DNA from: Eledone cirrhosa
Lineage: Eukaryota
Reading direction: 5' to 3'
Assembly (NCBI GenBank): GCA_964016885.1
Contig: OZ024758.1
Span: 15,190,001 to 15,254,000 of the forward strand
Length of the DNA: 64,000 nucleotides
The notes under the pieces are model-generated. The model did no database searches. It was not told where the DNA came from and worked only from the letters and a program-made list of their open reading frames with translations. Below, in pieces: positions 62,579 through 64,000 of the stretch. Within the stretch, counting starts at the first letter, position 1. Every line of letters starts with the position of its first letter. Both the position numbers and the translations under genes were made by a program.

Positions 62579-64000
62579 GGTTTACTCCTTTTGCATTTAA
62601 ACTGGCCATATCTGGCCAGAATTTTCTCACCTCTTTCTGTTCTAACTGGCCATAACTGGCTGTACATACTGTTATGGTATTGTTATCATCATCATCATCT
62701 GTCTTCCACACTAGCATGGGTTAGATGGGTTTGTCCCATTTAGAGGCAAGTTGGGTCGGGTGACCGTGTCTTGTTCAGAGAGTTTCTAGCTGGTTTTCTA
62801 TGGCCGGATACCTTTCCTAACGCCAACCACATTTACAGTGGGCAGGGTGCTTTTTTATTGACACACACACCTACAGGATCACTTCAGTGTGGACTGGATA
62901 AAATAAATATCAAAATCTCATAGGTTCCATATTATGTGAGATAAAGTGATTACCATGAAAATACAATAGTAAATATAGAGTAATGTAAATGCTAAAAAAA
63001 CAAATTATATTACATCATCATCATCATCGTTGAACGGCCATCTTCCATGCTAGCATGGGTTAGACGGTTTTGTTCCATTTGATGCGGAGACCATGTCTCG
63101 CTCACACAGAAGCGTCTCTGGCAGGTTTTTTACAGCTGGATGCCCTTTCTAATATCAACCACATTTACAGTGTGGACTGGGAGCCTTTTCACCGTGTCTC
63201 CTTCACGGCCACCTTACATTGTGGATATATTACATATATATATAGATTACATGTTCCAGGTGATAGGCTGAGGCCATGCTGGGCCACCGCCATTATCTAA
63301 AACCTTTCCAATGTAATTTTATGTAAGAATGTTGGTTTTAAATACCAGCTTAATTATATTTTCTTTGTTTGTTTGTTTTTTTAATAATACTTTCTTTAGA
63401 TAAAGTCATTTATATTATCAAATCTCCCATCAAATTTATAGGTAGTGTCTTTTCTTAGAAATACGGCAACAAATGGGTCTATTTAAGCTGTATGCTATTA
63501 GCTGCACCCTTTAAATATATTGGGTTTGTTTGCTTTTTACTTGAGGTTTAAAAGATTATTCATGGTTTAATTAACTAATGGAAGTATATCCAGGTAGGAG
63601 ATAATATATCTATCTCTTTATCTTGAAGCAATCACACATTTATGCTGATTCAAATTAACCCTTTATCATTTGCATTACTCTATATTTACTATTGTATTTT
63701 CACGGTAAACACTTTATCTCATAATATCGGATCTATGAGATTTTGGTATTATTTATTTTGAGAACAATACCTTAACATCAGTACGAGCAGCCAGTTATGG
63801 CCGGTTTGAACAAAAAGAGGTGAGAGAATTCTAGCCAGATACAGCAGGTTTAAATGCTCAGAATGTAAACCCTTTTGATGCAAACCACTTGAAACCTCTC
63901 CGAGGTTCATGATATAAAACTGTGTACAGTGGAACCTTGGTTTACAAATGCCTCTCATCACAAACAATGTCTCAGTTCATGAACAATGTCTCAGTTCATG

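Overview
AT-rich, repeat-saturated animal DNA, intergenic or intronic. The SINE, RTE and MITE content and the (TA)n/(CA)n/(ATC)n load resemble an Octopus-type cephalopod genome; this is inference, not confirmed. I find no credible host protein-coding exon, and nearly all supplied ORFs are microsatellite or SINE artefacts. The window holds two tRNA-derived SINE families (more than 30 copies or fragments), about 30 copies or fragments of a ~210-bp TTAA/piggyBac-type MITE, 3' fragments of RTE and CR1 LINEs, an internally deleted Helitron with a PIF1-helicase remnant, hAT and Tc1/pogo MITEs, and many mini- and microsatellites. The notable signal is a set of mutually divergent short elements in or beside (TA)n tracts. 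Many are long fold-back palindromes, and they carry type I hammerhead ribozyme motifs (CUGANGA...GAAA...UH), often one per strand. Loci near 6.1, 15.5, 16.4, 44.5 and 46.5 kb fold well by eye; those near 3.9, 12.0, 17.3, 18.1, 46.1 and 55.4 kb are partial or degenerate. Several share a TTGAGTRC tail motif. The best interpretation is truncated or non-autonomous Penelope-like (inverted pLTR) or retrozyme-like self-cleaving retroelements. All folds were derived by eye, and element boundaries are approximate unless termini are given.
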